Positions 1 to 13,329 of a stretch of DNA of 64,000 nt are shown here, piece by piece. The stretch's first letter is position 1. Each line of letters opens with the position of its first letter. A program made the translations under genes and the position numbers. The DNA is from Camelus dromedarius (Eukaryota): contig NC_087436.1 in NCBI RefSeq assembly GCF_036321535.1, forward strand, positions 100,566,001-100,630,000. The letters are read 5' to 3'. The notes below the pieces were generated by a model. The model was given only the letters and a program-made list of their open reading frames with translations, had not been told where the DNA came from and did not search any database.

Positions 1-3000
1 TAAATAGCTATGATTAATATGCTAAGGGAGCTAACAGAAAATTATCTGGGTCAAAAACTCAGATCTACATAAAGAAAGGAAGATCATATAAAAAATATAT
101 TTGAAGTGAACATAATTTAAAATTTTCTCATTCTTGATCTGAGAACTGATCAAATTAACATAAAAATGTATTGGATGATCACAGCTTATAGATAAGTTAA
201 ATGACAGTAATATCCAAAAGAGGAAGAAATTGGGAACATTTTTATACGATAACTACACTATACATGATATGTCATATTCTACCTATTTGAAAGTAGGCTT
301 AGATTAGTTAAAAATCTATATTGCCAATTCTAAGAACAACTAAACATTTTTGTAAGTACGTATAACTGATATGCTAAGAATAGGGAAAATGCAATAATCT
401 TGAATGCTTAGTTAAAATTAGAGAAGGCAGATGAAGGAGAAGGAAAGCAATGAACATATAAACTAGAAAATTTATAAATATGGTGGATATTAATCTAACT
501 ATATCGATCATTTTTTTACTTTGTATCTTTTTATTGAAATATAATTGACATATAACATATTAGTTTTAGGTGTACAACACAGTGATCTCATCCTTGTATG
601 TATTGTGAAATGTAAGTCTAGTTAGCATCCATCACCATACATAGTTATGTATTTTTTTCTTGTGAAGAGAACTTTTAAGATGTGTTCTACTAGCAAATTT
701 CCAGTATGCAATACAATATTAACTGTAGTCACCATGATGTACATTGCATCCCCATGATTTATAACTGAAAATTTGTACATTTCTACTCCCTTCATCCATT
801 TTGTCAGCCTCCCAACTCCTTGTCTCTTGCAACCATTAATCTGTTTTCTGAGGGTTTCTTTTTAAACTACTCAACATGTAAGTGAGATTGTGTGGTATGT
901 GTCTTTCTGACTGACTTACTTCTGTTATCGTAATGTCTTCAGTGTCCAACCACGTTGGCACAAATGGCAAGATTTCATTCTTTTTTATGGCTGAATAATA
1001 TTCCATTGTGTGTGTATATATCACATTTTCTTTATTCCTTCATCCATCAGTGGACACCTAAGTTGTTTCCATATCTTGGCTATTGTAAATAATGCTGAAA
1101 TGAACATGGGGATGCATGTTCTAATTTCTTTCCTAATTAGTGTTTTCATTTTCTTCAGATAAATACCCAGAAGAGGAATAGCTGAATCAAAGGGTAGTTC
1201 CTCGATTTTAATTTTTCTGAGGAGAGTCCATACTGTTTTCCTTAAAGGCTGTAACCAATTTATATTTCCACCAACAGAGCAGGAGGATTTCCTTTTCTCA
1301 ACAAACTCACCAACACAGTATTTCTTTTTAAAAATAACCATTCTAACAGGCGTGAGGTAATATCTCACTGTGGTTTAATTTGCATTTCCCAGATGATTAG
1401 TGATGTTGACCATCTTTACATGTACCTGCTGGCCATCTTTGGTAACAATGTCTATTCAGATCTTCTGCCCATTTTTTAATTGGATTTTTTTTTGATATTG
1501 AGTTGCAAGTTCTTTATATATTTTGGATATTAACCTTTTTTCAGATACATAATCTTCAAATATTTTCTCCCATTCAGTGGGTTGCCTTTTTATTTTTTTA
1601 TCTATTTTGCTGTGAAACAACAGATTAAACATTCTTCTCAAGCTCCCATGGAATATTGGCAAAGATACATCACTTTCTGGTCAATAAAACACACCTTAAC
1701 AACTTAAAGGTATAGGAATCATACAATGCAAGTTCTCAGACCATAGAATTAAACTACAAATCAGTAACTGAAAGATAGCTGGGAAATCCCCAAATATTTG
1801 GAGATTGAACAACACAGTTCCAAATAATACATATCACAAAGAAATCTCACAAGAAATTAAAAAATACTTTGAACTAAATGAAAATAAAATTACAATGTAT
1901 GGAATTTGTAAGATGCACCAAATTCATGAAAAGTACCAAAAATGATACTAAGAGGGAAATCCAATGTATAGCATTAAAGATATGTACTAAAAAAAGAAAG
2001 ATCTAAAATCAGTAGCCTAAGCTTCTGCCTTAGGAAACTAGAGAAAAAAGAGTAATTTAGTATTAACACAAAAACTTACTTATTTATTACAGCTTTAGGT
2101 ATAATCATCCCAAACTGAACACAACTAAGCTTTTCTTCAGGAGATGAATGAATAAACAAACTATGGAACATCCTTACAAAGGAATATTATTTAGTGATTA
2201 CACTATACTAGCTATCAAGCTATGAAACACCAGATGAATCTTAAATGTGAGATAAGTGGGCACAGAGATTCTGTGAAAGAAATCAGTCTGAAGAGGCCAC
2301 ATACTGCATGTTCCAATTGTATGACATTCTGGACACGGCAAAACTATAGCAGCAGTAAAAGGCCCAATGTTTACCAGGAGTTTAGGTGGAAAACAGGGAA
2401 GGATAAATAATTGAACCAAAAGGGAATTTTGGGGTAGTGACATTATTCTCTATGATACTGTAATTGTGGATACATGACACGATGCATTTTGTTAAAATAC
2501 ACAGAACTGCAGCACACAGAATATGAAAAGTTTTAAAAGTTTTAAAAACAATGTACAGTGTTGAAGAATTCATGATGCAATGAGTAATTGACAAAATTAT
2601 CTAATTGTATTCAAAGTTCATGAAATAAATTCAGTGAAGTGGAGATGGTGGGGGAAGAGGGTTACCTACTTGAGTATCTTGGGAAATGAGTAGAGTCTTT
2701 AAAATTTAGTGTAAAAAGTACTTGAGTTCTGTAGTCTTCTTGATAAAACTGTTTCCCATGGTAGTATGCACTAATATCTCTGGTATCATACATATAACAT
2801 TATATACATGCCAGAAGTGAATAATTAAATGTATAGGGGGTGCCAGGTTTCTCACTTTTGGAGTGGGAGGTAGCAAATAAGCAAGAGGAGGAAGGTAGAA
2901 TGATCCTTGTGGTAATTGATTAAACTTAGATACATCAATATAGACTTAGGTGTAGCTTAATATAGTTAGATAGTTATATTTAGAAAATATTTAGTTATTT

Positions 3001-4143
3001 GTATATACATTGATTAGTATGCACATAATGTTTCTGCTGTCAGCTGAGAAATCCTAGACCAAGGACACACGCCAGAAGCAGTAAGCACATATGGAATTCA
3101 GAGGTTGGTTCCTAATACCATTCTCTAATAAAAGAAACTGGGGCTCCTCAGAGAAGTGGCTGATTCTAAGTCTGGGACAGGAAACATACAAGATAAACTC
3201 GGAGTATCTTGTAGTTCCATAAAGTAAGGATGTGCTAAACACACACATACACCCTCTCACACACAATGATGATAATTTGTCAAAAGAACACTGAAGGCAA
3301 CTGAAAACTCATCTTGGCCAAAGGTGAAACACTTCGAACAACAGAATAAATTAAACATTGAATTATAACCAAAAATGTTAAACATCCATGATTCTATTTT
3401 GATATAATTAAATGTTTGTTTAATCAAACAAAGAATAGGTGAAAATAGACAAATTTCTTATGCAGAAAAATTCCAAATAATTTATGTAAATATTCCACCC
3501 TTGAGGCTGTGAAAAGTAGGGTGCTGCATCTTAAGTGTGGGCTGTGCAGAGTGAAGTATTTTCAAAAAATACAGTATGGGCTGGGTAGGGGAGAGTAAGT
3601 TTGCTGTGGAGAAACCTGACAGACACTACCTCAAGCCCGATGTTCAAATTCAACGTCAACAGTGATGTCACATTAATGGTATGTACCCTTGGTGTGGTGT
3701 GATGAAGGTGGCAGTTAACCTCTGTGGTCTTCCTCTTGAAACCCATAATCCCCGTCTAATCCTGGAAAACCATCAGATAAATCTCAATTGAGGGATATAC
3801 CACAAAATCCCTTCAAAACTGTAAGGTTGTCAAAAACAAAGAAAATCTGAGAGACTCTCTCAGCCAAGAGGAGCGTAAGGAAAATGAAAACTACATGTAA
3901 TGTGGCATCTGGAGTGGGATCCTAGAACAGTACAAAGACATTAGATAAAAACTAAGAAAATCTGAATAAAGTTTAGACTTTGTTTTACAATGGCATATCA
4001 ATAATTGGTTTATTAACTATCATAAATTAATCATTTATTTGTAAGACATTAATAGGGGAAATTGGCTGTGAAATGCATGGGAATTTGATACTATCTTCTC
4101 AAACTATCTGTAAATCTCAAACCTTTTGAAAATTTTATTAAAA
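1..4143 (+). mobile_element. Old L1 (L1MC/L1MD-like), internally deleted, interrupted by a younger L1 at ~513-1613
   Basis: ORF2 endonuclease remnants (NLTISII at ~491-510; TFFSSSHG..KIHHFL..KTHLN at ~1628-1700), ORF2 C-terminal remnant at ~2075-2330, long L1MC/MD-type 3' UTR ending ...ctatctgtaaatctcaaacc...attaaaa. Subfamily recalled, not searched. Confidence 0.85.
513..1613 (-). mobile_element. L1 3' end (L1MA9/Laurasiatherian-type), 5'-truncated, nested in older L1
   Basis: T-rich tail then L1 3' UTR. Minus-strand ORFs 836-1024, 1021-1368 and 1456-1662 translate to the L1 ORF2 C-terminus ([39 protein letters not shown]). Confidence 0.93.
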
Positions 4144-4189
4144 TGTAGAAATAAAGCCCTTCCAGTAATAATACACTAGGTTGGTGATA

Positions 4190-4470
4190 GTAATAGCTAA
4201 CAATATAGGCTCTGTTTATTTCTGCACTATTCTAGATACATGTAATATCATAACATATATATTAAAACAGTTTATTTAATATATACAACAAAAACAACAA
4301 ACTCATAAAGGGAACATATTAATACATCCATTTTATAGATGGGGAAACTGAGGCACAGAGAGATTATGTATCTTGCCCAATGTCACAGCAATTAAGCAGG
4401 AGAGCCAAAACTCCAGTTCAGTTGTTATTTTTCCAGGAGTCATGTTCTTAATGATTTTCACTATTCTGTC
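4190..4470 (-). mobile_element. MIR SINE
   Basis: MIR core ccattttatagatggggaaactgaggcacagagag...cttgcccaatgtcacagc. Confidence 0.9.
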
Positions 4471-6356
4471 TCTTGAAGAAATTGATGGTATGTTTTAATA
4501 AATGGATCGAGTTTGAAAAGTGATCTAGATCAGGAAATACAAGGAATTAGACCCTTTAAGAGACACCTGCTATGACAATCAGTGGTATCTCAGCAACCTC
4601 TGGGTCTGACTCCCTTTTAAAGAAAAATCCTTATTTTTCCATCTCCCCAGTCCTGTATTCCTGACCCCTTCCTCCCCTTTCCATTTCTCTTCCTCACTTT
4701 TGTCATCTTAAATTGTCACACAGTGAGCTTTTCCTTATTTTAAAATATTATCTTGTTTTCCTATAAATTAAATATGGTTGAACTCTCAGTGTTTTTTGGG
4801 TTTTTTTGTTTTTTTTTTAATCAGACTCACAGCACTGAAGACTCATCCTAGAATTGAGTAGAAAGAAAAATACTGTAGAATTTGGCCTCTTAACCCATTC
4901 TACAGGTCTACATTCCAAAGCTCGTTTTGGCTTAAAGCCTCCACATGTCCTGGATAATCATGCTGCTGGTAGCCTTTATTGAGTAAAACATTCAGCATTT
5001 TATCCTATCAAATTAAAATGATCTCCTTATATGCAAATCACTAGGTGGAAGCATGAAAAAAAAAAATTTCTAACTTATCCTAGGGCCCAAAGAAGTGTTG
5101 ACAGAATATGCATTCAAATGATTTTGGCCTGTATTTTTAAATGCTTTCATGTTTCTACAACTTAAGAAATAGACAATTCTGAATGAGGTTAATAGGACCA
5201 CTAGGATTTGTGGTCATGTTTCTAAAATAACCCCGTAAAGTTCTTTAGGCCAATTTAAAAAAACTCGTCCTATTATATTACTAAATTGTGTCAGCACCAT
5301 GATAAGTCACTTACCATTGTTACATGTTTCTAATCTAGCAAGACTTTGTTCCAGAGTTATATGGCCACCAAGTTGGCTTCAACACAATCACGTTAGTATT
5401 TTAAGCTCTATGCTTAGGCAATTCATATGCAATAGCTTGGATTGGCTGCTATCAATATAGTTTATTTAACCAAATTAGCTCAGCTTTTTTTTTTTATTCT
5501 TCACATTAGCATATGGTTAAAAAAAGTAAATTTATATACCGACCTCAACTTTGGACAAGGCGACAGGTTATCAATAAACTAAGCTGGTGAAATGTATTGG
5601 CAGCCCTTTCCTCTCCCTCCCACCCTCCATTCTTCCTCTCTAATCTACATTTGCAAACGCCAACAAATAGCACACGTCAGCTGTTTACGAAGGCCACGCT
5701 GCTTATACAATCAAGCCAATTAGATCTTTTCCCGTGAGCAAATCCCTTCAAATAACAACATCCTGTATGAGAAATCAGTGCATGAATCAACAGATTATCC
5801 TTGAATACCTAATAGAGTTGGCTATAAATACATGAGGTTATTTTCCTTCTGATCTGAAAGGGAAGGGTAATTACTGAGGAGTCCTGCATTCACAGGCTGC
5901 AACTTCAGTTACAGGGCTGATAGCTCTCTGGGAAATACCGCTAGCTATGCTTGTGTTTCTACAATGAGTGCATGTCTCTGTCACTGTTGAATAGTGTTTA
6001 AACCTGTTAATACGTGTAGTCTGGTGAAATCAGGCAGCCAAATATACATTGAATCGAAAAATAATTTCCCTGGATATGTCTGTACCAGAAATATGATCTA
6101 TGGAATTCACTTGGTCATACCCCTAGTTCAAATTTGACATATCAATGGACAATCCAAAGGCAACTTGTGTAATTCTTTAAGTGGAATGCCTTCCGTGAAG
6201 TTTTTCCGGGCTTATTTACGATGACTGAAGCAACTTTAGTTCTTTGAGTCACGGGAACCATTTTTTTTTTTCATTCAATTTTCTAATCACTTCATACTTG
6301 CAACATATATTTTATACTTTTCCCAATCTCTAATTTGAAAAAAAAAAGAAAGCATT

Positions 6357-7005
6357 GTGTATCTGCAGAGTGCCTGGGTTCTGTTGCTGCCTATATCCTA
6401 TACCTTTAACTGTTCATCTTCAGAGGCGGACATTTCAGCTGGCGTCCCCAGCATCCTTTCCTCCTTGAGCATCAGCCGTGATTTTTATTTGGTTATCCAT
6501 TAATACACAGAGTGTGGATACTTTGCTCCTGGGGTCAAACAGAGGCTTCTGCTTCCCAGTGCTCTGTCCTGTCCATTGAGCCCTTGACTAACAGCTAACC
6601 TTATTCCTCTCTACCCAGCTTCTGGTTGAGGATTGGGCATGCAATGCAAATCTTTCAAATCAGACTTACTCTCAGGAATTTTACAGACATTATTGAAAAA
6701 TTGAATTTACCTTTATAACTTTCTGGGTGAAGAGGCTGGAGCCACCTTCCTCCTACCACAGGGTGTATGTTTAGAGTCAGCTGGGGATACAGCTCCGTGC
6801 CTGGGAATGAAACAAAACACAAGAAGTATTGATATTTCTGAGAAATGATTTAAAACTATTTTCTTTTATTAGCCTTGAATCCAGTCATGCCTGAAAGCTC
6901 CCTCATCTCAGACTCTGTTACTGTATATGCCAATAAAATATCTTTTAACTCAAGCTATTTTAGGTTTTAATTTATTTCTCTGACAAATTAAAGGTCCCTA
7001 ATAGA
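6357..7005 (+). mobile_element. ERVL solo LTR (LTR16-like)
   Basis: 3' portion ccttgaatccagtcatgcctgaa...aataaa...caagctattttagg...ggtccctaata resembles LTR16 family ends. 5' boundary approximate. Confidence 0.6.
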
Positions 7006-7039
7006 TTTATTTTAATTCAGACTTTTTAATCGTCACCTT

Positions 7040-7360
7040 TCAAATGATAAATTGCATCCTATATACTATGTAAGGATCTGAGAAAGATGTTTGTAAATGT
7101 GTTTTGTAAACAGTGAAGCACTACAGAAAAGCAAAGCAATACTATTGTACTGATAAATATTTACTGTTAGTTCTGTCTGCTCTCATCACTAGAATGTTAG
7201 ATCTTAGGCAAAGTTTCCTCTGTATTCAAACATTTATGCAAGTCCACCTTGCATAAGTGCTTATAAATTATGCTAGCATTTGATTGTCCCCATTGTGTCG
7301 ATACGAAAACTCAAGGATCAGAGAAACTGTTGTTTGCAAGAAGCCACACCATTTAGTGAT
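7040..7360. mobile_element. Degraded MIR/L2 fragments
   Basis: MIR 3'-like gtgttttgtaaacagtgaagcactac, L2-like cactagaatgttag, and MIR core-like ccccattgtgtcgatacgaaaactcaagg. Confidence 0.5.
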
Positions 7361-9257
7361 TCTTCCACAATTTGAAATTAATTTCTTTAAGTGGACTCCC
7401 TAACGCATTTTGGGATATTTGTCCACCCTACTGTGACACCTGTCACTGACTACCCAACTGATATGGAAGGAACCTAGCTTGACATATAACTTGTACATGT
7501 AGCTCTGGTTGTCAGCTTGGACTTTCCACCCCAAAACAAGACTGGCATGACTCTCTTCCCTTCAGATCTTTCCCGGAGTCTCAGCTTATTGATCTAAAGC
7601 CTGAGGCTTTGACAGCTGTTTGTCAGAAACCCTCCCAATCAGGCCTGTCCCCATGTCCAGAAACATTTCAAAGAACATTCTTCCATACCTAGATTATTTC
7701 AACTGCCTGATTGGATAGCTTATGAAATGAATCCTGTTTCAATGACTTGATTGGGAAATTCAATTATAAAAGTCCAACATGAAGGAGCATGTAGGTACAG
7801 CTTTATAAAGGGGTAGGAAAAGAAAAATGGCAGAAAAGATTTCCTAAAATTTATCTTTATAAGGTGAAAATGTTGGTCTAAAATTGAAAGCTTTAATTCT
7901 ACTGTCCTAAGCAGAAATCGTCAAATCTCAGTGAAATAAAGATACAAAACTGGTACCAACCCTAACACTCAGTGGAATGCTGGTGGTTAGTGACAAGAGC
8001 GGGGGCTCGGTGTGAGGACTGGACAGGTATCTTCCGTGACAGCAGTCCTAAGAGAGCTTCCCACACCCAGCGTGCCAAGGCTTTCTTTGCTACGTCAGGC
8101 TTTTGATCATTGGTCTTTGTAATCTTACTGCATAAGGAAAAACTATTCCTTTCCTTTTCCTGAAGCAAACTTGCTCCCTGAGGCAAACTTCAATTATCAG
8201 TGTTACAAAGGCAAGTTTTATACGAGAGAATCAAATGGGAGAGTCTGAGGGATTCTTGGAGGCAGTTCATCAAGGAAAATAAAGACGACTGTGAAGAACG
8301 GATGGAAGATCGCAGAGAGAAATAGAGGAGGGGGGAAAACCCATAATAAGAATAGGTAAAATTTTAAAAAGTTCACATTTTGACACTTGTATTTATGAGT
8401 GGAAAAAACCTGATACAGAAAAAACAGAAAACACTCAACTGCATTGAAATTAGAAGTTACAATTTATTCCCACAGAGTTAAGTTTGACATCGCATATCTC
8501 AGAGCCGCTCTCTGACGTGACGGTGGCTGTTAGCCTGTTTGATGATGAAACACAGGGTTTCAGAATTTTAGACAAATTCATAGGCTTAGATAGAAACAAG
8601 ATATATAAACAAAATTCTACTAAAATAAAACTGTAGTGTTCAGAGGGACACTTGAGTATCTCTATGGACCTAAATCTTCAGGGCTGCGGGCACTTCCGTG
8701 ACCCGAACAGCATGCATTTTTTTATGTTTTTATATATTTTCACATGTCACCATGCTCCTGAGCTCACTGAATGCAGATTTATGACCATAGTTTTATTTTA
8801 ACGCATAGGAAATTGTAAATTTAAAGGTGATTTGAAATAGCAAAAATCTGCATCTTGCAGCTATCCAAGAGAATATGATACAGCCCTTCCTGGATGTTGG
8901 CCATTCAAATAGGTGTGTATTTTTTTTCAAAGATAAGAACTCAAACCTAGGAGGGGAGCACCCTCATGGTATTGAAACCATGTGTGATTCTAGAAAGTGG
9001 TGGATTACTAACCACCTAGCAATATTTATTATGGTCATTAGTTTTATGATATCAGTTATTTTTGCCTCCCACTGCAAAAGTGCAGGAAGGTATCTTTTTC
9101 AATTTATTTACCAATGTCTGCCAAATGCCTAATACAGTGCCCGGATATGCAGGCACTCAGTGCAAAAAAATATATTGTTGAATAAATATGTTGAAGGTAG
9201 AACCATAGCAAAAATTAGAGAGGAGCATGTTTCTACGTGTATGTACATGTGTTTTAT

Positions 9258-9285
9258 ACACACACACACACACACACGCACACAC
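9258..9285. repeat. (CA)n microsatellite
   Basis: Directly visible. Confidence 0.95.
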
Positions 9286-9496
9286 GCCCCTAACCATGGG
9301 GAAGATATAGTTGACTTTCATTTTTCAAATGAAAAAAATTAAAGTTGGTTGATGGTATTTGGAGACTAAAGAAAAGTTTAATCTTTTTCTTCCTATTACT
9401 TAAGACAGATGCAATTAACATTATGTCTTTGGAATTCCTGTTAAATTTTAATAAGCTCACTTTTCTTTTCTGTGGGATTATAATTGTATTTACTTT

Positions 9497-9980
9497 TAAT
9501 TAAAGTAAAATTGACATACAATATCATATTAGTTTCAGGTATACGTTGTAGTAATTCCCCATTTATACACTTTTTGAAATGTTCTCCACAATAAGTCTAG
9601 TTACCATTTGTTGCCATACAGAGCTATTACAATATTGGTGATATTCCCTGTGCTGCACATTACATCCCCATGACTTATTTCTCAACTGGAAGTTTGTACC
9701 TTTTAGTTCCCTTTACTTATTTTGCCCTGTCTCCCAACCTCCCCTTCCCTCTAGCAACTACAATTTTCTTCTCTGTATCTGTCAATATGTTTCTGTTTTG
9801 TTTCTTTGGGGATTTTTGTTGTTGTTGTTGCTTATATGTTTTAAAGATTCCACATGTAAATGAGTTTATATAGTATTTGTCTTCCTCTGATTTATTGCAC
9901 TTAGCATAATGCCCTCAAGGACCATCCATGTTGTTTCAAATGGCAAGATCACACTTTTTATGGCTGAATAATATTCCATT

Positions 9981-10022
<42 letters not shown>

Positions 10023-11205
10023 CACATTTTCCTTATCCATTTATCTATTGATGGACACTTACATTGTTTGCATACCTTGGTTATTGTAAATAATGTTGCA
10101 GTGACCATGGGGCTACAGATATCTTTAATTTTTTTTCCCCATGTTTAGCTAACCTTTTTTTTTCTTTTTTTTTAAACTGAAGTATAGTCAGTTACAATGT
10201 GTCAATTTCTGGTGTACAGCACAATGTCCCAGTCATGCACATGCATACATATATTCGTTTTCATATTCTTTTTCATTAAAGGTTATTACAAGATGTTGAA
10301 TATAGTTCCCTGGGCTGTACAGAAGAAATTTTTTTATGTGTTTTAATATATAGTGGCTAATATTTGCTAATCTCAAACTCCCAAATTTATCCTTTCCCAC
10401 CCTCTTCTCTCAGTAACCATAAGATTATTTACTATGTCTGCAAGTCTGTTTCTGTTTTGTAGATGAGTTCATTACTATCCTCTATTTTTCTTCTTTTAGA
10501 TTTCACATATGAGTGATATCATGTGGTACTTTTCATTTTCTGGCTTACTTCACTTAGAATGATGATCTCTAGGTCCACCCATGTTGCTGCAAATGGCATT
10601 ATTCTTTTTTATGGCTGAGTAGTATTCCATTATATAAATATACCACAACTTCTTTATCTAGTCATCTGTGAGTGGACATTTAAGTTGTTTCCATGTCTTG
10701 GCTATTGTATATAGTGCTGCTATAAACATTGAGGTGCACTTATCTTTTTGAATTAGAGTTCCCTCCAGATATATGCCCAGAAGTGGGATTGCTGGATCAT
10801 ATGATAAGCCTATTTTTAGTTTTTTGAGGAATTTCCACACTGTTTTCCATAATAGCTGCACCAAACTGCATTCCCACCAACAGTATAGGAGGGTTCCCTT
10901 TTCTCCACACCCTCTCCAGCATTTCAGATATCTCCTCTAATTAGTTTAATTTTCTTTGGATAAATACCTTGAAGGGGAATTGCTGGATTCAGTGGTAGTT
11001 CTAGTTCTGTTTTTGTTTTTTTGGGTTTTTTTGAGGAATTTTCTTACTGTTTTCCATAGTGGATGTACCAGTTTACATCCCCACCAACAACTCACAAGGG
11101 TTCACTAACACATTTTTTTTTTTTGCCTTTTTGATAATCACCATTCTGATAGGTATGAGGGGATGTTTCATTGTAGTTTTGATTCACATTTCCCTGACGA
11201 TTACC
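9497..11205 (-). mobile_element. L1 3' end (L1MA9-type) hosting a nested younger L1; contains (TG)n at 9980-10021
   Basis: L1 3' UTR/ORF2 end at 9497-10124. It resumes in register at 10925 (cagatatctc...gaattgctggattcagtggtagttct). Confidence 0.9.
10125..10924 (-). mobile_element. Young lineage-specific L1 3' fragment (camelid L1_Vpa-like) with 9-bp TSD
   Basis: TSD cagatatct at 10116-10124 and 10925-10933. ORF 10658-10864 is the L1 ORF2 C-terminus. 3' end reads ...acattgtaactgactatacttcagttt+polyA on the minus strand. Confidence 0.9.
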
Positions 11206-12069
11206 GAGTAATACTCATTGCCTATCCCTACTCTCTATTTCCTGCCAATTTCATCCTTGTGTACTTCATTATCATATCATTACAAATTAGCAACCAAGAA
11301 GGTGTGTTTCTTTTTATTCAGTTGCTAATGGAAAATTTTATATTCTTTAGAGTTCCAGACTTTTCCTAATTTAATCCCAACTTTATGTTAAAATACATCA
11401 ATTTTAAACTAAAAAACCTACTATTCCCCAAATAGAATCTTTAATTCTATATATCTTGTATACTTTGGTCTTTGTCTCTTAAGCTTATACTGTCATCCAT
11501 TCCAGATCTATTGTCTCCATTACAATCAGCTCAGGAATTGTTTTAAATGCCTATTTTAAGGATGCTCACTTAGAGTTTAAGTGTCATAAAAAAATATAAT
11601 GCAAAGTCCCTTTTCTTAAATGTGGACTTTTCATTGTTGGTGGTCTCTTTTGGACTTAGAAAAGATCACAAAAAATATTCTCTCCTTATACCATTTAGGT
11701 ATAAATGAGCCCTAAACAGAATGCTAGGCAATTTGTCAGAGTCACAGGGCTTTTCTTAGTGCAGTTTAGGAGATGAGGAATATCCACAACCAACAGAAAT
11801 TACATACATATATTTGCACTTAATGGTAGATTCTCAACAGAATCAGACTGGACAGATTATATTTCAGAAGACTTGGATGGACTTCTCTATTTTCCACTGG
11901 CAGCAGGAGAAGCAAGAATAAAATGAATCCAAAATGTCAGAATTTCTTCTTATCTAAATTTATCCATAAAATTTAGAAACAGTTCTATTAAATAAATAAA
12001 TAAATAAAATTGATAAATGAATCAATCTTTGGAAGGATGATGAAAATATCTACCATCTTTGAACACTTA

Positions 12070-12830
12070 CATGTGCGTGTGTGCAAACTCACCCAAGGTC
12101 ACATACCTTGTATAGCAGAGAAAGACTCAAATCTAGTTGTGTTCCACTCTAGAAACTCAATTATTAACCACTTCCCAATGGCTTTCACTGATTTTTTTTT
12201 TTAAACCAAGATGTGCCAGACAGATTTAGGTGTCAATTATATCCTGTCTCTGACATAAAGCAGCTGTCATTTTAACCTTGAAACTCAGTTTCTTCTGTAA
12301 AATGAAATGTCTAGCACATAGAGTTATTTGATGTTCAGTGACATACTGATACATGAAACATTTAGCACAGGGCTTAATACTTAATAAATACTCTATAAAT
12401 AGTAGTTGTTATTACTTTTAAGTATTAGATCTACTATTTTCTTAATAAATTAAAGGTAAATATTAAAAAGTGCTTAATACTACTTCACAAAATTAATAAC
12501 CATATTATAAAAGGCAATAACATTTTACAAAGATAATAAATTGTAAATCTTACACCTATACAGTGCTATGGAAATCCTACATCACTAGAGTGCTATGGTG
12601 CTACAGTGTACATCTACTGTACAGATGAGTATCAGACAATGTATTTTTGTATTTGCACCTAATTGATTTCCTTAGATTAGTTAAAGCAGAAAGTCTGCTC
12701 TTCCTCTACAACATGGGGAAAAAAATAGAGGTTATAAATGATTATTCAAGGTAAAAATAAATGACTAGTGGTTGAACTGGGACTCTTCCAATCAAGTCTC
12801 TCAGTTCATACCCACATTCATCTTTATATG
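12070..12830. mobile_element. Cluster of degraded MIR fragments (both orientations)
   Basis: acccaaggtcacata (-), aactcagtttcttctgtaaaatg...atttagcacagggc (+), acagatgag (-). Confidence 0.6.
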
Positions 12831-13329
12831 ATGTACAATATATCAGACTATACATTAGTCTCCAGTTTTATATAAAATTGAAATTCAGAGTACAAAATTA
12901 TTTTACATACTTCTGTATAAGTATTGCATTATGAAAATTTAACATGTATACAAATATTAAGTTCTTATCAAGAAGCAGGCTGTGTAGCATCAACACAATT
13001 TTCTCTATGTACATTCAAAAAATAATATTCGCTGCTATTTAAAAAAAATCTGACATCACCCTAAAGGAAGCAGAAAAGTATAAACATTTAAAAATAGGAG
13101 AGGTCTTTGAAAAGTATTATGGTTATAGGAAGTTGGTTTCTTCCACGTATCTAAGTCAATGCAGTTGAGAGAACATACTTGAATCTGGAGAAAAATGTTT
13201 ATTAAATAGCATAAATATACTTAACTTAAAAAGCTATTTCCCTTGAATAGAGATTACGTGAACTAGTAAATAAAATCAATTAGGTACACATTCCTATCAT
13301 TAAATATGCTTAACTGTAATTTCTGTACA

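Noticed and set aside
3054..3270. Inverted similarity to ~26060-26250 and ~52440-52640
   Set aside because: Independent, highly diverged copies of the same old L1 3' UTR family, not a local duplication.
7962..8186. 74-aa minus-strand ORF in the CpG-richer region
   Set aside because: Non-ATG start and no recognisable homology; kept only as a regulatory candidate.
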